From: an uncultured Gemmatimonadales bacterium
GTDB lineage: Bacteria; Gemmatimonadota; Gemmatimonadetes; Longimicrobiales; RSA9
Length of the DNA stretch: 64,000 bases
Direction of reading: 5' to 3'
Assembly (NCBI GenBank): GCA_963798845.1
Contig: CAWCUS010000002.1
Coordinates: forward strand, 544,001-608,000
The notes beneath the pieces are model-generated. The model worked only from the letters and a program-made list of their open reading frames with translations. It was not told the DNA's origin and searched no databases. The position numbers and the translations under genes are program-made. Positions 1-8,767 of the stretch are shown piece after piece; position 1 is the first letter of the stretch, and each line of letters starts with the position of its first letter.

Positions 1-13
1 AGAGGGCGCTGGG

Positions 14-256
14 TTGCGGGTTCTTTCAACGAACGGCGCGAGCACGCAGCAGACAGATGAAGTAACGGTCGTCGAATGGGAGTGGATTGCAACTGTACCC
101 ATTTTGGAAGACCATCGTTGGATTGAGCCAGGGGAGACAATTGTTGACAACATCATCTTCAACATTCCCGCCCCGATTCAGGGACCACTCAGACTCGAAT
201 TAGTCGTTGCGTCAAAGAAGTACTCGTGGTGCGCGAGTTCAGTGTCAGTTCCATGA
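14..256 (+). CDS. 3' part of a hypothetical cassette gene (probably starts before the window)
   Basis: Open frame ending TGA at 256; lower-GC cassette-like composition; lies upstream of first attC-like site. Confidence 0.5.
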   Translation: MRVLSTNGASTQQTDEVTVVEWEWIATVPILEDHRWIEPGETIVDNIIFNIPAPIQGPLRLELVVASKKYSWCASSVSVP

Positions 257-264
257 GGAGAGGA

Positions 265-399
265 ATGATGGCGGAAAAGGGCGGTTCCAAGGAGAGGAAG
301 CTGGTCACGGAACAAAAGAAGAAGTCCAAGGACCAAGTGCGTAGGATCGAGACGGAAAAGCAAAAGACCAAAGACAAAGCTGGCAAAGGCAAGCAGTAA
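265..399 (+). CDS. Small Lys-rich basic protein, 44 aa (MMAEKGGSKERKLVTEQKKKSKDQVRRIETEKQKTKDKAGKGKQ)
   Basis: Hand-translated, below ORF-track cutoff; purine-rich RBS GAGGAGAGGA directly upstream. Confidence 0.5.
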   Translation: MMAEKGGSKERKLVTEQKKKSKDQVRRIETEKQKTKDKAGKGKQ

Positions 400-464
400 G
401 TTCTCGACATGCCTGCCCGTTGGCGCGTTGAAGCGCTGGGCTGGTCTGAGGAGGGCCCAACAGC

Positions 465-617
465 AGATAACAAACGGTTGGCGCCTGCGCTCGCTTTGCT
501 CGCTCCGGAGAACCCCGCATTAACGTCCTGGCGCCGGTTGAGCGAGAGCGTAGTCTCGATGGGAGCGGCGCCTGGTTAGGTCGCGGAGGCGGGGTCGCCA
601 ACCTGGAAACGTTATCT
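465..617 (+). repeat. attC-like site 1
   Basis: AGATAAC-AAACGGTTGGCGCC ... GGTCGCCAACCTGGAAAC-GTTATCT. Confidence 0.88.
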
Positions 618-823
618 GAAAGCCACTGCCCGAACGGCAACTCGCCGGGAAGCACCTTGGACCGGACTATCGTTCGGTAGGCATAGCATGTTGAGTGACA
701 ATCAACTTGACGTGTCCGAAGCCCGGCAGGCACTTTGACCGTCGTTGTTTGCAGTCGAGAGCGAGTTGGACGTCACACTACATTGGCGGCTGATTTCGAA
801 ATGCCAGCCGCGCCAGGAGTGAC

Positions 824-1285
824 ATGGAGAAGCGCGAGGCCAAATGGAAAATGGTGGGGTCGGTTCTTGGGGGATTGGGCGTCATCGGATCGCTTGTATT
901 CGTTGCGCTCGAGATCCGTCAGAACACCGAGGCCGTGCGCAGCGCAACGATACAGGCTATCTCGGAGCAATCATTCACAGCAGTAGCCCAGCTTGTTGAG
1001 AATGCCGATCTCCGCACGGCTTACGAGGCGGCGAGCACAGGAGCGACTCTCACTCCGGAACAACGTTTCCAGCTGAAGATGTTCTACCTCGGGATCATGC
1101 GGCTCCAGCAGAACCGGTATCTCCAATCTCAGCTGGGCGTACTCGATATGAACACGCTCCTTTTCGTCGGTGGGCGGGGTGGCGCGTACGATTTGCCATT
1201 CTTCGCTGAGTATTGGGCCGAAGATCGCGACCAATATCCCCCTGAGTTCCAAGACTTCGTTGAGCGCGTACTGCTTCCGCAATAA
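824..1285 (+). CDS. Hypothetical cassette protein with N-terminal TM helix (related to 7192..7719)
   Basis: GGAG upstream; hydrophobic VLGGLGVIGSLVFVALEIRQNT followed by helical domain ending FFAEYW...YPPEFQDFV. Confidence 0.75.
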   Translation: MEKREAKWKMVGSVLGGLGVIGSLVFVALEIRQNTEAVRSATIQAISEQSFTAVAQLVENADLRTAYEAASTGATLTPEQRFQLKMFYLGIMRLQQNRYLQSQLGVLDMNTLLFVGGRGGAYDLPFFAEYWAEDRDQYPPEFQDFVERVLLPQ

Positions 1286-1524
1286 GGGGGCTCTCCGTGA
1301 GCGTCAATGGAGTTGTGTTGCCCTGGCCTAGCGGCGCCGGTTGGCATGAAGTCGGTGCTGCCGCAATCCTTTCGCGGCAGATCGCTGCGGTCGCTGGCGG
1401 TTGCCAAGCTGTGGCAGCAGACTTCGGAGTCGTTAGAGATCGCTCTGGGATCCAATCCACGTACACAGAACGGGTTGGCACGGCGTCCAAGTAGATAGCC
1501 ATGCCGGCACGGGCAGTGGCCATC

Positions 1525-1693
1525 AGATCACTCCGCATGGCCGTTTGCTCGCTTCGCTCGCACACCAGCCGGAGTTGCGAGAGGATCTGAACGGAAAGAG
1601 CTTGGGCCGGCTGGACGCGCCCTCTAGCGGAGGTCGCCGCCTGCGGCGGCTCGCTCCGCCGCCGGGCGCGTCGGCCATGCTTTTTCGTTATGT
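1525..1693 (+). repeat. attC-like site 2 (divergent sequence, R'' AGATCAC)
   Basis: AGATCAC-TCC-GCATGGCCG ... CGGCCATGC-TTTTTC-GTTATGT; perfect 9-bp inner inverted repeat. Confidence 0.7.
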
Positions 1694-1757
1694 GCCAGCT
1701 CCGACGGCTGGTTGTTAGATTAGAGGGAGCAGGAATACCCCCTTTGTCGAGGTGCTC

Positions 1758-1985
1758 ATGCCGAACGTGGATCTCTCCGAAATTCTGCGACTGCCGGTGT
1801 CGGAGCGAATCGACGTTGTCCAGCAGATCTGGGACAGCGTCGCCGCGGATGCAGACGCGGTGCCGGTAAAGCCCGAACAGCGAGAGGAGTTGGATCGGCG
1901 GCTGAAGGAGCATCAGGAGAACCCGGATGACGTCGTGGAGTGGAACGAGGTTGAGAAACGGATCCGCTCCCGTCACAACCTGTGA
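1758..1985 (+). CDS. Putative addiction module antitoxin (TIGR02574-like)
   Basis: LPVSERIDVVQQIWDSV...QREELDRRL...W.EV pattern; overlaps downstream toxin (GTGA). Confidence 0.85.
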   Translation: MPNVDLSEILRLPVSERIDVVQQIWDSVAADADAVPVKPEQREELDRRLKEHQENPDDVVEWNEVEKRIRSRHNL

Positions 1986-2275
1986 AGGTCATCCTTCGCA
2001 GCATTGCAGAACAGGATGTCGCGGCAGCAGTCGGATGGTACGAAGAGCAGAGCTCAGGTCTGGGTGATCGCTTTCTGCTGAACGTCCGTGCTGCACTCGA
2101 GCGGATCGGAGAACATCCGGAGGCGTACCCCCTGGTGCACCCTCCGCACCTACGACGGATCTTGCTGTCGGATTTCCCCTACGGGTTGTTCTACCTGATG
2201 GAGCTGGACCGAGCTGTGGTCACGGCGTGCTTCCACGTGCGGCAGAATCCGAAGCGCTGGAGCAGTCGTGGCTGA
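1982..2275 (+). CDS. RelE/ParE family toxin
   Basis: AEQDVAAAVGWYEEQSSGLGDRF...HPEAYP...RRILLSDFPYGLFY...CFHVRQNP. Confidence 0.88.
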   Translation: MKVILRSIAEQDVAAAVGWYEEQSSGLGDRFLLNVRAALERIGEHPEAYPLVHPPHLRRILLSDFPYGLFYLMELDRAVVTACFHVRQNPKRWSSRG

Positions 2276-2297
2276 AAGGGCGCTGCGCTCCGCCGGC

Positions 2298-2450
2298 ACA
2301 TAACAAACGGTTGGCGCCTGCGCTCCCTGCGGTCGCTCCGGGGAACCCGGCGAATGACCTGTTGGCTGGAGGAAGGGCTGCGGGTAATTCAGAAGATGGG
2401 GCGCGATCCGGCGAATTGGACGCCGGGTCGCTCACCTGGAAACGTTAGGC
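2298..2450 (+). repeat. attC-like site 3
   Basis: ACATAAC-AAACGGTTGGCGCC ... GGGTCGCTCACCTGGAAAC-GTTAGGC. Confidence 0.88.
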
Positions 2451-2469
2451 GCCACTGCTGGTGGTTCAT

Positions 2470-2844
2470 ATGCCCAAGAAGGAGCAGTACAGGAAGAAGC
2501 AGATGCGGGATCTGGCTCGGGTTGCGTATGAGCGTGAACTCGAGGCGGGGCTCGAACAGCTACGCGAGCCGTTCCATGCCTGGGAGAACGGGGACATGGA
2601 CGCGAGTGAGTTGTCGCTGCGGATATCGTTCTTCTCGATGGATGCGCAGAAGCGGATTGAAGGGGTCTACTCCGGCTTGGACAAACGTACCCTGGTCGCG
2701 CGGGGCGTCGCGCTGGGTTTGCTGGAAGAGGCAGACCTTCCGCCGAAGCTGAAGGAAGAACTCACCGGGGCCATCGATTTCTTCAGGTCGCAATCCCAAC
2801 GTGAGGCAGAGGAGGACGCGGCCAAGAAGGGCAGCGGCGCCTAA
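2470..2844 (+). CDS. Hypothetical helical cassette protein
   Basis: Single ORF filling the cassette; TAA stop lies inside R'' box GCCTAAC. Confidence 0.75.
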   Translation: MPKKEQYRKKQMRDLARVAYERELEAGLEQLREPFHAWENGDMDASELSLRISFFSMDAQKRIEGVYSGLDKRTLVARGVALGLLEEADLPPKLKEELTGAIDFFRSQSQREAEEDAAKKGSGA

Positions 2845-2990
2845 CAAACGGTTGGCGCCTGCGCGGCCTGCGGCCGCGCCGGAGAACCCGCCGCGGCCGC
2901 CTGGGAGCTGGTAAGGTTCGTGTGGCTTCGAATGGTGATCGCGCTCTGGAGGTTTCGGCGCGGCGGGTCGCCAACCTGGAAACGTTAGAC
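2839..2990 (+). repeat. attC-like site 4
   Basis: GCCTAAC-AAACGGTTGGCGCC ... GGGTCGCCAACCTGGAAAC-GTTAGAC. Confidence 0.9.
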
Positions 2991-3510
2991 GCCATGCTTG
3001 CGGTGTGGTGATGAGATAAGGTGCAGGTCGGTCGTCTTTGGAAGAGAAGCGAGCGCATGAGCACGAAAGCAGTACCCATGATCCATGTGCCTGATGTCCG
3101 TGCGGCGGTCGAGTGGTACAAAATGGTGGGCTTTCGATTCTTGGAAGGGCATGAGGAGGATGGGGAAATGACGTGGGCGGCGCTCTCGCTGGGGTCAAGT
3201 GAGTTGATGCTTAACGCCGGCGGCCGCGCTAGTGACGCCGAGCGCAGGGACGTCGATCTCTACGTCTACTCTGAGGATGTCGCAGAAGTCTTCGAGCGCC
3301 TCAAAGGAAGGGTAGATATCATTGCACCGATCAGTGACACGTTCTACGGGAATAGGGAATTCATTGTCCGGGATCTCAACGGCTTCTTGTGAGTTCCCCG
3401 AATTCTGACCGCTGATCTCTCGAAAATCTGGCCGGCTGAGGAGCCTCCGTAGAATACTGTAGTCCCGTCCCGGGCAGGATGGAGTTCCTGTCAGATGGAG
3501 GCGGGGGAGG

Positions 3511-4920
3511 ATGCTCAGGGTGATCGATCGACATGCGGTGCATGCGCTGCTGGAGGCGGGGCAGAAGCAGACGGAAATCGCGAGGCAGCTGGGGATCTCG
3601 GAGCGGTCTGTCCGTCGGATCTCGAAGGAGCCGCCGGTGGCGGAGGGAGACGATGCGGCGGAGAGGAAGCGCCGGGGGATCGGGCGTCCCGCGGTGCCGG
3701 AGGCGGTGAAGCGCCGGCTGGTGGATCTGATCGCGGAGGATCCCGAGGCTCCACCCCTGGAATACCTGCGTCAGCTTCGGGAGGAGGGGGCGGAGCTGGC
3801 GGAGAGCACCTTCTACCGGGTCTTCCGGTTGGAGAAGGGGAAGCTGCCGGCGGAGCTGATGGTGCGGTTCGAGGGGGTGGCCGGGGAGTTCGCCCAGTTC
3901 GATTTCGGTCAGGCCGACGTCCGGCTGCTGGATGGACGGAAGAAGCGAGTTCACTTCGCGGCGTACCGTCTGAAGTACTCGCGGTGGGTGTGGGTGGTGA
4001 TCGTGCCGGACGAGCGGATCGAGTCACTCGTCCGGGCACTCCTGGCCGGCTTCGAGCATTCGGGCGGGGTGCCGCTCCGGGTGGTCTTCGACAATCCGAA
4101 GACGGTGGTGGTGGGCCGCGACGACCGGGGCCGGCCGATCTGGAATTCCACGCTGGCCCAGGTCGCCATCGACTATGGCTTCACGATCGAGCTGTGCACG
4201 CCCAGGAGCCCGCAGCAGAAGGGATCGGTGGAGAATCTGGTGGGGTGGGTGAAGCGGAGCTTCTTCCGGGCCCGCCGCTTCGCTGAGCTCGACCAGGACC
4301 TCCCCCGTCAGCTCCTGGACTGGCTGATCGGGGGGAATGAGGAGCGGCCATCCCGGGCCACGAAGGAGATCCCCAAGATCCGGCTGACCGCAGAGCAGGC
4401 GCGGATGAAGCCGCTGGCCATCCCGCCGGCCGAGTACGGTCTGCGTTACGCTGTCCACGTGGGACCCACCGCGCTCGTGGACTTCCAGGGCGTGCGCTAC
4501 GCCATGCCGGCGGGTGCGTGCGGGATCCCGGCCACGCTCCACCTGTACCCGGACCGGCTCCGGATCGTCACCACCGGCGCCCGCTTCGAGGCCACCCACC
4601 CCAGGTTTCCAAAGATCGGAAACACCAGCTACCTGCCCGGCCAGCGGGCCGAGCAGCTGGCGGCCGTGGCCGGTGCACGGAAGCGCCTCTACTTCATGCG
4701 GGAGCGAATCCTGGAGCTGGGGCCCGTAGGAGAGGGCTACCTGACGGAGCTCATCCACGCCCGACCCCACACATGGAAAGGAGACGTGGAGCGCCTCTTC
4801 GCCCTGCTCGAGGAGCTCGGCCAGGAGCGCTTCCTCCGCCTGCTCCAGCGCGCGCTCTTCCAGCGGCTGATCGGAGCTGAGTACGTGATCGGGCTGGCGG
4901 CGAAGGAGGTGGCCTCATGA
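3511..4920 (+). CDS. istA: IS21 transposase IstA
   Basis: N-terminal HTH; AQFDFG, VFDNPKT, QQKGSVENLVG DDE motifs. Confidence 0.93.
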   Translation: MLRVIDRHAVHALLEAGQKQTEIARQLGISERSVRRISKEPPVAEGDDAAERKRRGIGRPAVPEAVKRRLVDLIAEDPEAPPLEYLRQLREEGAELAESTFYRVFRLEKGKLPAELMVRFEGVAGEFAQFDFGQADVRLLDGRKKRVHFAAYRLKYSRWVWVVIVPDERIESLVRALLAGFEHSGGVPLRVVFDNPKTVVVGRDDRGRPIWNSTLAQVAIDYGFTIELCTPRSPQQKGSVENLVGWVKRSFFRARRFAELDQDLPRQLLDWLIGGNEERPSRATKEIPKIRLTAEQARMKPLAIPPAEYGLRYAVHVGPTALVDFQGVRYAMPAGACGIPATLHLYPDRLRIVTTGARFEATHPRFPKIGNTSYLPGQRAEQLAAVAGARKRLYFMRERILELGPVGEGYLTELIHARPHTWKGDVERLFALLEELGQERFLRLLQRALFQRLIGAEYVIGLAAKEVAS

Positions 4921-5693
4921 AGACTCCGGTGCCGCTGGACGACCTCGACGCCATGCTCAAGCGCCTCCACATGCCGACCATCCGGCGCCTGTATGCGGAC
5001 CTGGCGATCCGGGCCGAGGAGGAGGGCATGAGCTACCGCACCTTCCTCGAGCTGCTGGTGGCCGAGGAGATCGCTCACCGGGCGCAGACCCGGATCACCC
5101 GGTCCGTCCGCAAGGCCCGCTTCCCCTTCCTCCGCACCATCGAGGAATTCGACTTCACCTTCCAGACCAGCGTCCGCCTCCAGATGCTCGGCACGCTGCT
5201 GGGGCCGGAGCTGGTGAGCGAAGGCCGGTGCGCCATCTTCAGCGGCCCGCCGGGTCGAGGGAAGACCCACATGGGGGTAGCCATCGGCTACCGAGCGATC
5301 CAGAACGGATTCGAGGCCCGATTCACCACCGCGGATGAGCTGATCGGCGCCCTCTCCAACGCGGCCGCGGAGGGACGGCTGGACGAGGCGCTCGAACCCT
5401 ACGTCCACCCCCACGTCCTGATCATCGACGAGCTCGGCTATCAGAGCTATGCCGCCGATGCCGCCAACGTGCTCTACCGGGTGGTCAACGACCGCTACCT
5501 CAGGCACCGACCCATGATCGTCACCACCAATAAGCCTCTGGCCGCCCTCGGTCAGGTGCTGCATGATGCCGATCTTGCGGAGGCGATCCTCGACCGGCTC
5601 CTGGAGCGCGGCACTCACTTCGTGCTCCGCGGCCGCTCCTACCGCACCCGCCATCTCAAACAGGAGGAGACCCCGGACTCTGAAGCCGCCTAG
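4917..5693 (+). CDS. istB: IS21 helper ATPase IstB
   Basis: Walker A GPPGRGKTH, Walker B LIIDELGY, IVTTN, AILDRL. Confidence 0.95.
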   Translation: MKTPVPLDDLDAMLKRLHMPTIRRLYADLAIRAEEEGMSYRTFLELLVAEEIAHRAQTRITRSVRKARFPFLRTIEEFDFTFQTSVRLQMLGTLLGPELVSEGRCAIFSGPPGRGKTHMGVAIGYRAIQNGFEARFTTADELIGALSNAAAEGRLDEALEPYVHPHVLIIDELGYQSYAADAANVLYRVVNDRYLRHRPMIVTTNKPLAALGQVLHDADLAEAILDRLLERGTHFVLRGRSYRTRHLKQEETPDSEAA

Positions 5694-5849
5694 CTCACGC
5701 TCCCGGCCGGCCAGAATTTCGAGAATTAACCGGACATAGTTCAGAGAACCCACATGGCTGACGTTTGGACAGCAACTCGAGGCCGCAGAGCAATCGGATG
5801 CTACTCCGAGCGTCTGAGGCCCAGCGTCTAGAGGGGCGCAATCACGGCG

Positions 5850-6955
5850 CTTGAAGTCAACTTTGAAGTGCAACGTTCATAGTGTTGATCCGGGCTGATT
5901 CTCATATATCTCCGCGGGGGTGAGGAAGCCGAGCCGCTTGCGGGGTCGGTGGTTGAGGGCGGCAGCGATCCGGTCACAGTGGATCTGGGTGACTCGAGCC
6001 ATGCTCTGACGCTTCGGGAGATACTGCCGGATGAGGCCGTTCGTGTTCTCGCAGGTGCCTCGCTCCCAGGAGTGGTGGGGAGCGGCGAAGTAGACCGTGG
6101 CGCCGGTGGCCTTCTCCAGGGCTTTGTAGCCGTGGAACTCGGTCCCATTGTCGAGGGTGACGGTTCGGATGCGGCGGCCGGCGTTGCGGATCAGGGAAGT
6201 GGCGCACCGGTTCGTGGCGTCGGCGGTCCGGCCGCGCAGCTTGCCGAGGAGCAGGTAGCCGGTCTTCCGGTCCACCAGGGTGAGGACGCAGTGGCGGTCG
6301 GAGGATCCGATGACCGTGTCTCCTTCAAGGTGGCCCACGCGCGAGCGGTTCTCTGCGCCGGGCGGTCGCTCGGAAATGGGACGCTTGCCGGCAAGACGGC
6401 CGCGGCTGTCGTAGCTGCGGTAGCGCTTCCACTTCTTCTTCCTCGCGCCGCGCAGGTACTGATAGAGGAGGCCGCCCCTGCGGCGGTCCTCCCAGACGTA
6501 GCGATAAATGGTCTCGTGGCTGATGCGGAGCACGCCCGCCCGGGCGAGTCGGCCAGTGATCTGCTCGGGGCTCCACAGCTGCTGGAGCAGCGAACAGACC
6601 AGGGCCCAGTCATCGCCGCGGAAGCGTCGGTTCCGTCGGGATCGCGTGCGGCGGCCGCGGGTCATCTCGTCGGCCACCGCCGGCCGGTAGGCGCGGTCCT
6701 GTCTCGAGTTGCGCGTGATCTCCCGGCTGATCGTGCTCGGACTTCGGTCCAGCGCGCGGGCAATGCCGGCCTGACTGAAGCCTTGTTTTCTGAGCGCCGA
6801 GAGTGCATGTCGTTCACCTGAGGTGAGCTGGTGATATCCCATGAGCCCCTCCTATTTCTTGGTCGAAACAGGAAGCTCTGGGGTGTCCCAGCTCATCTCA
6901 ACCCCGGCACTCCTTCGAGCGGAGTCGAGCGTTGCACTTAGTTTGTGAATCCAAG
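5850..6955 (-). mobile_element. IS30-family insertion sequence
   Basis: 26-bp imperfect IRs (CTTGAAGTCAACTTTGAAGTGCAACG / CTTGGATTCACAAACTAAGTGCAACG), 3-bp direct repeat GCG (5847-5849, 6956-6958). Confidence 0.9.
5877..6842 (-). CDS. IS30 family transposase
   Basis: STISREI.RN, WSPEQI, ISHETIYRY, GHLEGDTV, TLDNGTEF, WERGTCENTNGLIRQYLPK. Confidence 0.95.
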   Translation of the reverse strand: MGYHQLTSGERHALSALRKQGFSQAGIARALDRSPSTISREITRNSRQDRAYRPAVADEMTRGRRTRSRRNRRFRGDDWALVCSLLQQLWSPEQITGRLARAGVLRISHETIYRYVWEDRRRGGLLYQYLRGARKKKWKRYRSYDSRGRLAGKRPISERPPGAENRSRVGHLEGDTVIGSSDRHCVLTLVDRKTGYLLLGKLRGRTADATNRCATSLIRNAGRRIRTVTLDNGTEFHGYKALEKATGATVYFAAPHHSWERGTCENTNGLIRQYLPKRQSMARVTQIHCDRIAAALNHRPRKRLGFLTPAEIYENQPGSTL

Positions 6956-6957
6956 GC

Positions 6958-7109
6958 GTATAATAAACGGCTGGCGCCTGCGCGGCCTTCGGCCGCTCCG
7001 GAGAAACCCGGCGCAGCCGTCCTTGAGCGGTCCGACTGACATGTAGTTTCGAAGGTTGTTGAGCCGGGGAGGCCTGGCGCGGCGGGTCGCCAGCCTGGAA
7101 ACGTTATCG
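6958..7109 (+). repeat. attC-like site 5
   Basis: GTATAAT-AAACGGCTGGCGCC ... GGGTCGCCAGCCTGGAAAC-GTTATCG; compensatory GGCTGGCG/CGCCAGCC. Confidence 0.82.
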
Positions 7110-7191
7110 GCCAGCGCAGAGACGGATGGTCCGACGCAGAATATTGTTGAGTACGAATCTCCTGCGACCGTAGACTGCGAGGTTACCTCTG

Positions 7192-7719
7192 GTGAACTGG
7201 AATGCGATACAAGCCGTTGCCGAGCTCGTCGCGGCGTTTGGGGTCCTCGCGAGCCTGCTCTATTTGGCGTCGCAGGTGCGGGACGCCTCTCTCGAGGGAC
7301 AACGGTCCAGGTACAACGAGTTGTCCGCGAGGGTTACGGACATTTCCAGAGACTGGGCAATCAACGACACACTGTCGGACATCATGTTCCGCGGGCTCCG
7401 CAACCCCTCCGACCTCGGACCCGCCGAGATCTTCCGGCTGTACTCGTCGATCTACGGGACCATGAAGGTCTGGGAGGCATCCTATCACTACTCGCTCCAG
7501 CGTGGCGTACATGCCTGGGGAGCCAGTGGACTCCGAGCGACAATGTCGTCCCTGATGGCGTTCCCGGGGATGCAGCATTACTGGAGGTCACGACGTTCGT
7601 GGTTCTCGAGCGACTTCCAGGACGAGGTAGATCGAGTAGTCGAGTTGGGAGCTCCCCGGATGGATGAGGACTACGGTGATTCGGTGGAGTCGGCGGCACC
7701 TCATGCACGGCCCAGCTGA
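7192..7719 (+). CDS. Hypothetical cassette protein with N-terminal TM helix (related to 824..1285)
   Basis: WNAIQAVAELVAAFGVLASLLYLASQVR...PGMQHYWRSRRSWFSSDFQDEVD. Confidence 0.78.
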   Translation: MNWNAIQAVAELVAAFGVLASLLYLASQVRDASLEGQRSRYNELSARVTDISRDWAINDTLSDIMFRGLRNPSDLGPAEIFRLYSSIYGTMKVWEASYHYSLQRGVHAWGASGLRATMSSLMAFPGMQHYWRSRRSWFSSDFQDEVDRVVELGAPRMDEDYGDSVESAAPHARPS

Positions 7720-7759
7720 TCCTCCAAGCGTGGCGACGTCGACCGATGGCGGCGCCGGC

Positions 7760-7935
7760 CGATAACACAGTTTCGATCGGACTCGAGCTCCTTGAGGAGC
7801 AGAGAAGCAATGGCGTCCGGGATCGGCAGTTCAAGGCCGGCGTTCCTGGGCCTCTGGTGAGGAGATTGCAGTTTCGAAGGTGGCCGCGCGCTGGAGCTTT
7901 CGGCGCGGCGGGTCGCCAACCTGGAAACGTTAAGT
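7760..7935 (+). repeat. attC-like site 6 (left arm not of the family type)
   Basis: CGATAAC at 7760; right ~85 bp match sites 4/7 and end CTGGAAAC-GTTAAGT. Confidence 0.72.
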
Positions 7936-7995
7936 GCCATCACGTTGGCTCGCCCCAAGCGTTAGATTGAGGCGGCTACCAACGGGAGGAACTCA

Positions 7996-8202
7996 ATGAA
8001 GTACCGCGTGCTGATCGAGCAGGACGAGGCCGGTTTTTTCGTGGCTGAGGTGCCGGCTCTGCCTGGGTGTGTGAGTCAGGGCGATACGCGGCGGGAGGCG
8101 CTCGCCAACATCCGAGAGGCGATCGCGGGTTATCTGGAGAGCCTCGAGGATCACCAGGAGCCGGTGCCTCCCTCGATCCATGAGGAGATCGTGGAGGTGT
8201 AG
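7996..8202 (+). CDS. hicB: HicB family antitoxin
   Basis: YRVLIEQDEAGFFVAEVPALPGCVSQGDTRREALANIREAI; GGAGG RBS. Confidence 0.92.
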   Translation: MKYRVLIEQDEAGFFVAEVPALPGCVSQGDTRREALANIREAIAGYLESLEDHQEPVPPSIHEEIVEV

Positions 8203-8427
8203 GTGGCCGAGCTGCCAGTCGTCTCGGGACGCGAGGCAGTGAAGGCGTTCGGCAGGATTGGCTACGGTGTCGATCGCCAGCGTGGAAGTCACATCATTCT
8301 GAGACAGGCGGAACCCCCTCATCGCCGCCTGACGATTCCGGACCACAAAGAACTTCGGAAGGGAACGTTACGGGCTCTGATCCGACAGGCTGGATTGTCG
8401 GTGGATGAGTTCGCCGCGTTGCTCTAG
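8203..8427 (+). CDS. hicA: HicA family toxin
   Basis: RQRGSHIIL...LTIPDHKELRKGTLRALIRQAGL. Confidence 0.92.
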   Translation: MAELPVVSGREAVKAFGRIGYGVDRQRGSHIILRQAEPPHRRLTIPDHKELRKGTLRALIRQAGLSVDEFAALL

Positions 8428-8482
8428 AAACAGCGAAACCGCTCGTTCGGTCAGCATCTCGAAGCTGGTTGGGCGTGACGGC

Positions 8483-8633
8483 AATAGACAAACGGTTGGC
8501 GCCTGCGCGGCCTGCGGCCACTCCGGAGAACCCGCCCCGATTAGCTGGACTCTGGTGAGATTCGTGCAGTTTCGAAGGTGATCGCGCGCTGAAGGTTTCG
8601 GCGTGGCGGGTCGCCAGCCTGTGAACGCTGAGC
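8483..8633 (+). repeat. attC-like site 7 (degenerate R boxes)
   Basis: Body closely resembles site 4; boxes AATAGAC and GCTGAGC deviate from AAC/GTT. Confidence 0.75.
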
Positions 8634-8767
8634 GAAAGGTGCCTTTGGAATCCCAATGGGACGTCAGACAAGGGAGAGAAGGAGGGATGCTGGAGGAGAC
8701 GTGGCGATGTAACTGAAGTGAATAGGGCGGACGGCTGGCGACGCCCGAAATATCAAGCGGAGGCGCG

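Larger units (their letters stand above)
3388..5754 (+). mobile_element. IS21-family insertion sequence
   Basis: TG...CA ends; ~49-bp imperfect IR (TGTGAGTTCCCCGAA...CTCGAAAATCTGGCCGGC vs reverse complement TGTGGGTTCTCTGAA...CTCGAAATTCTGGCCGGC); istA/istB pair. Confidence 0.93.
3057..5817 (+). pseudogene. VOC/glyoxalase family cassette gene split by IS21 element (3057-3387 and 5755-5817)
   Basis: ...TFYGNREFIVRDLNGF continues after the IS as WLTFGQQLEAAEQSDATPSV*, completing the typical RD.NG..L.FGQ motif. Confidence 0.85.
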
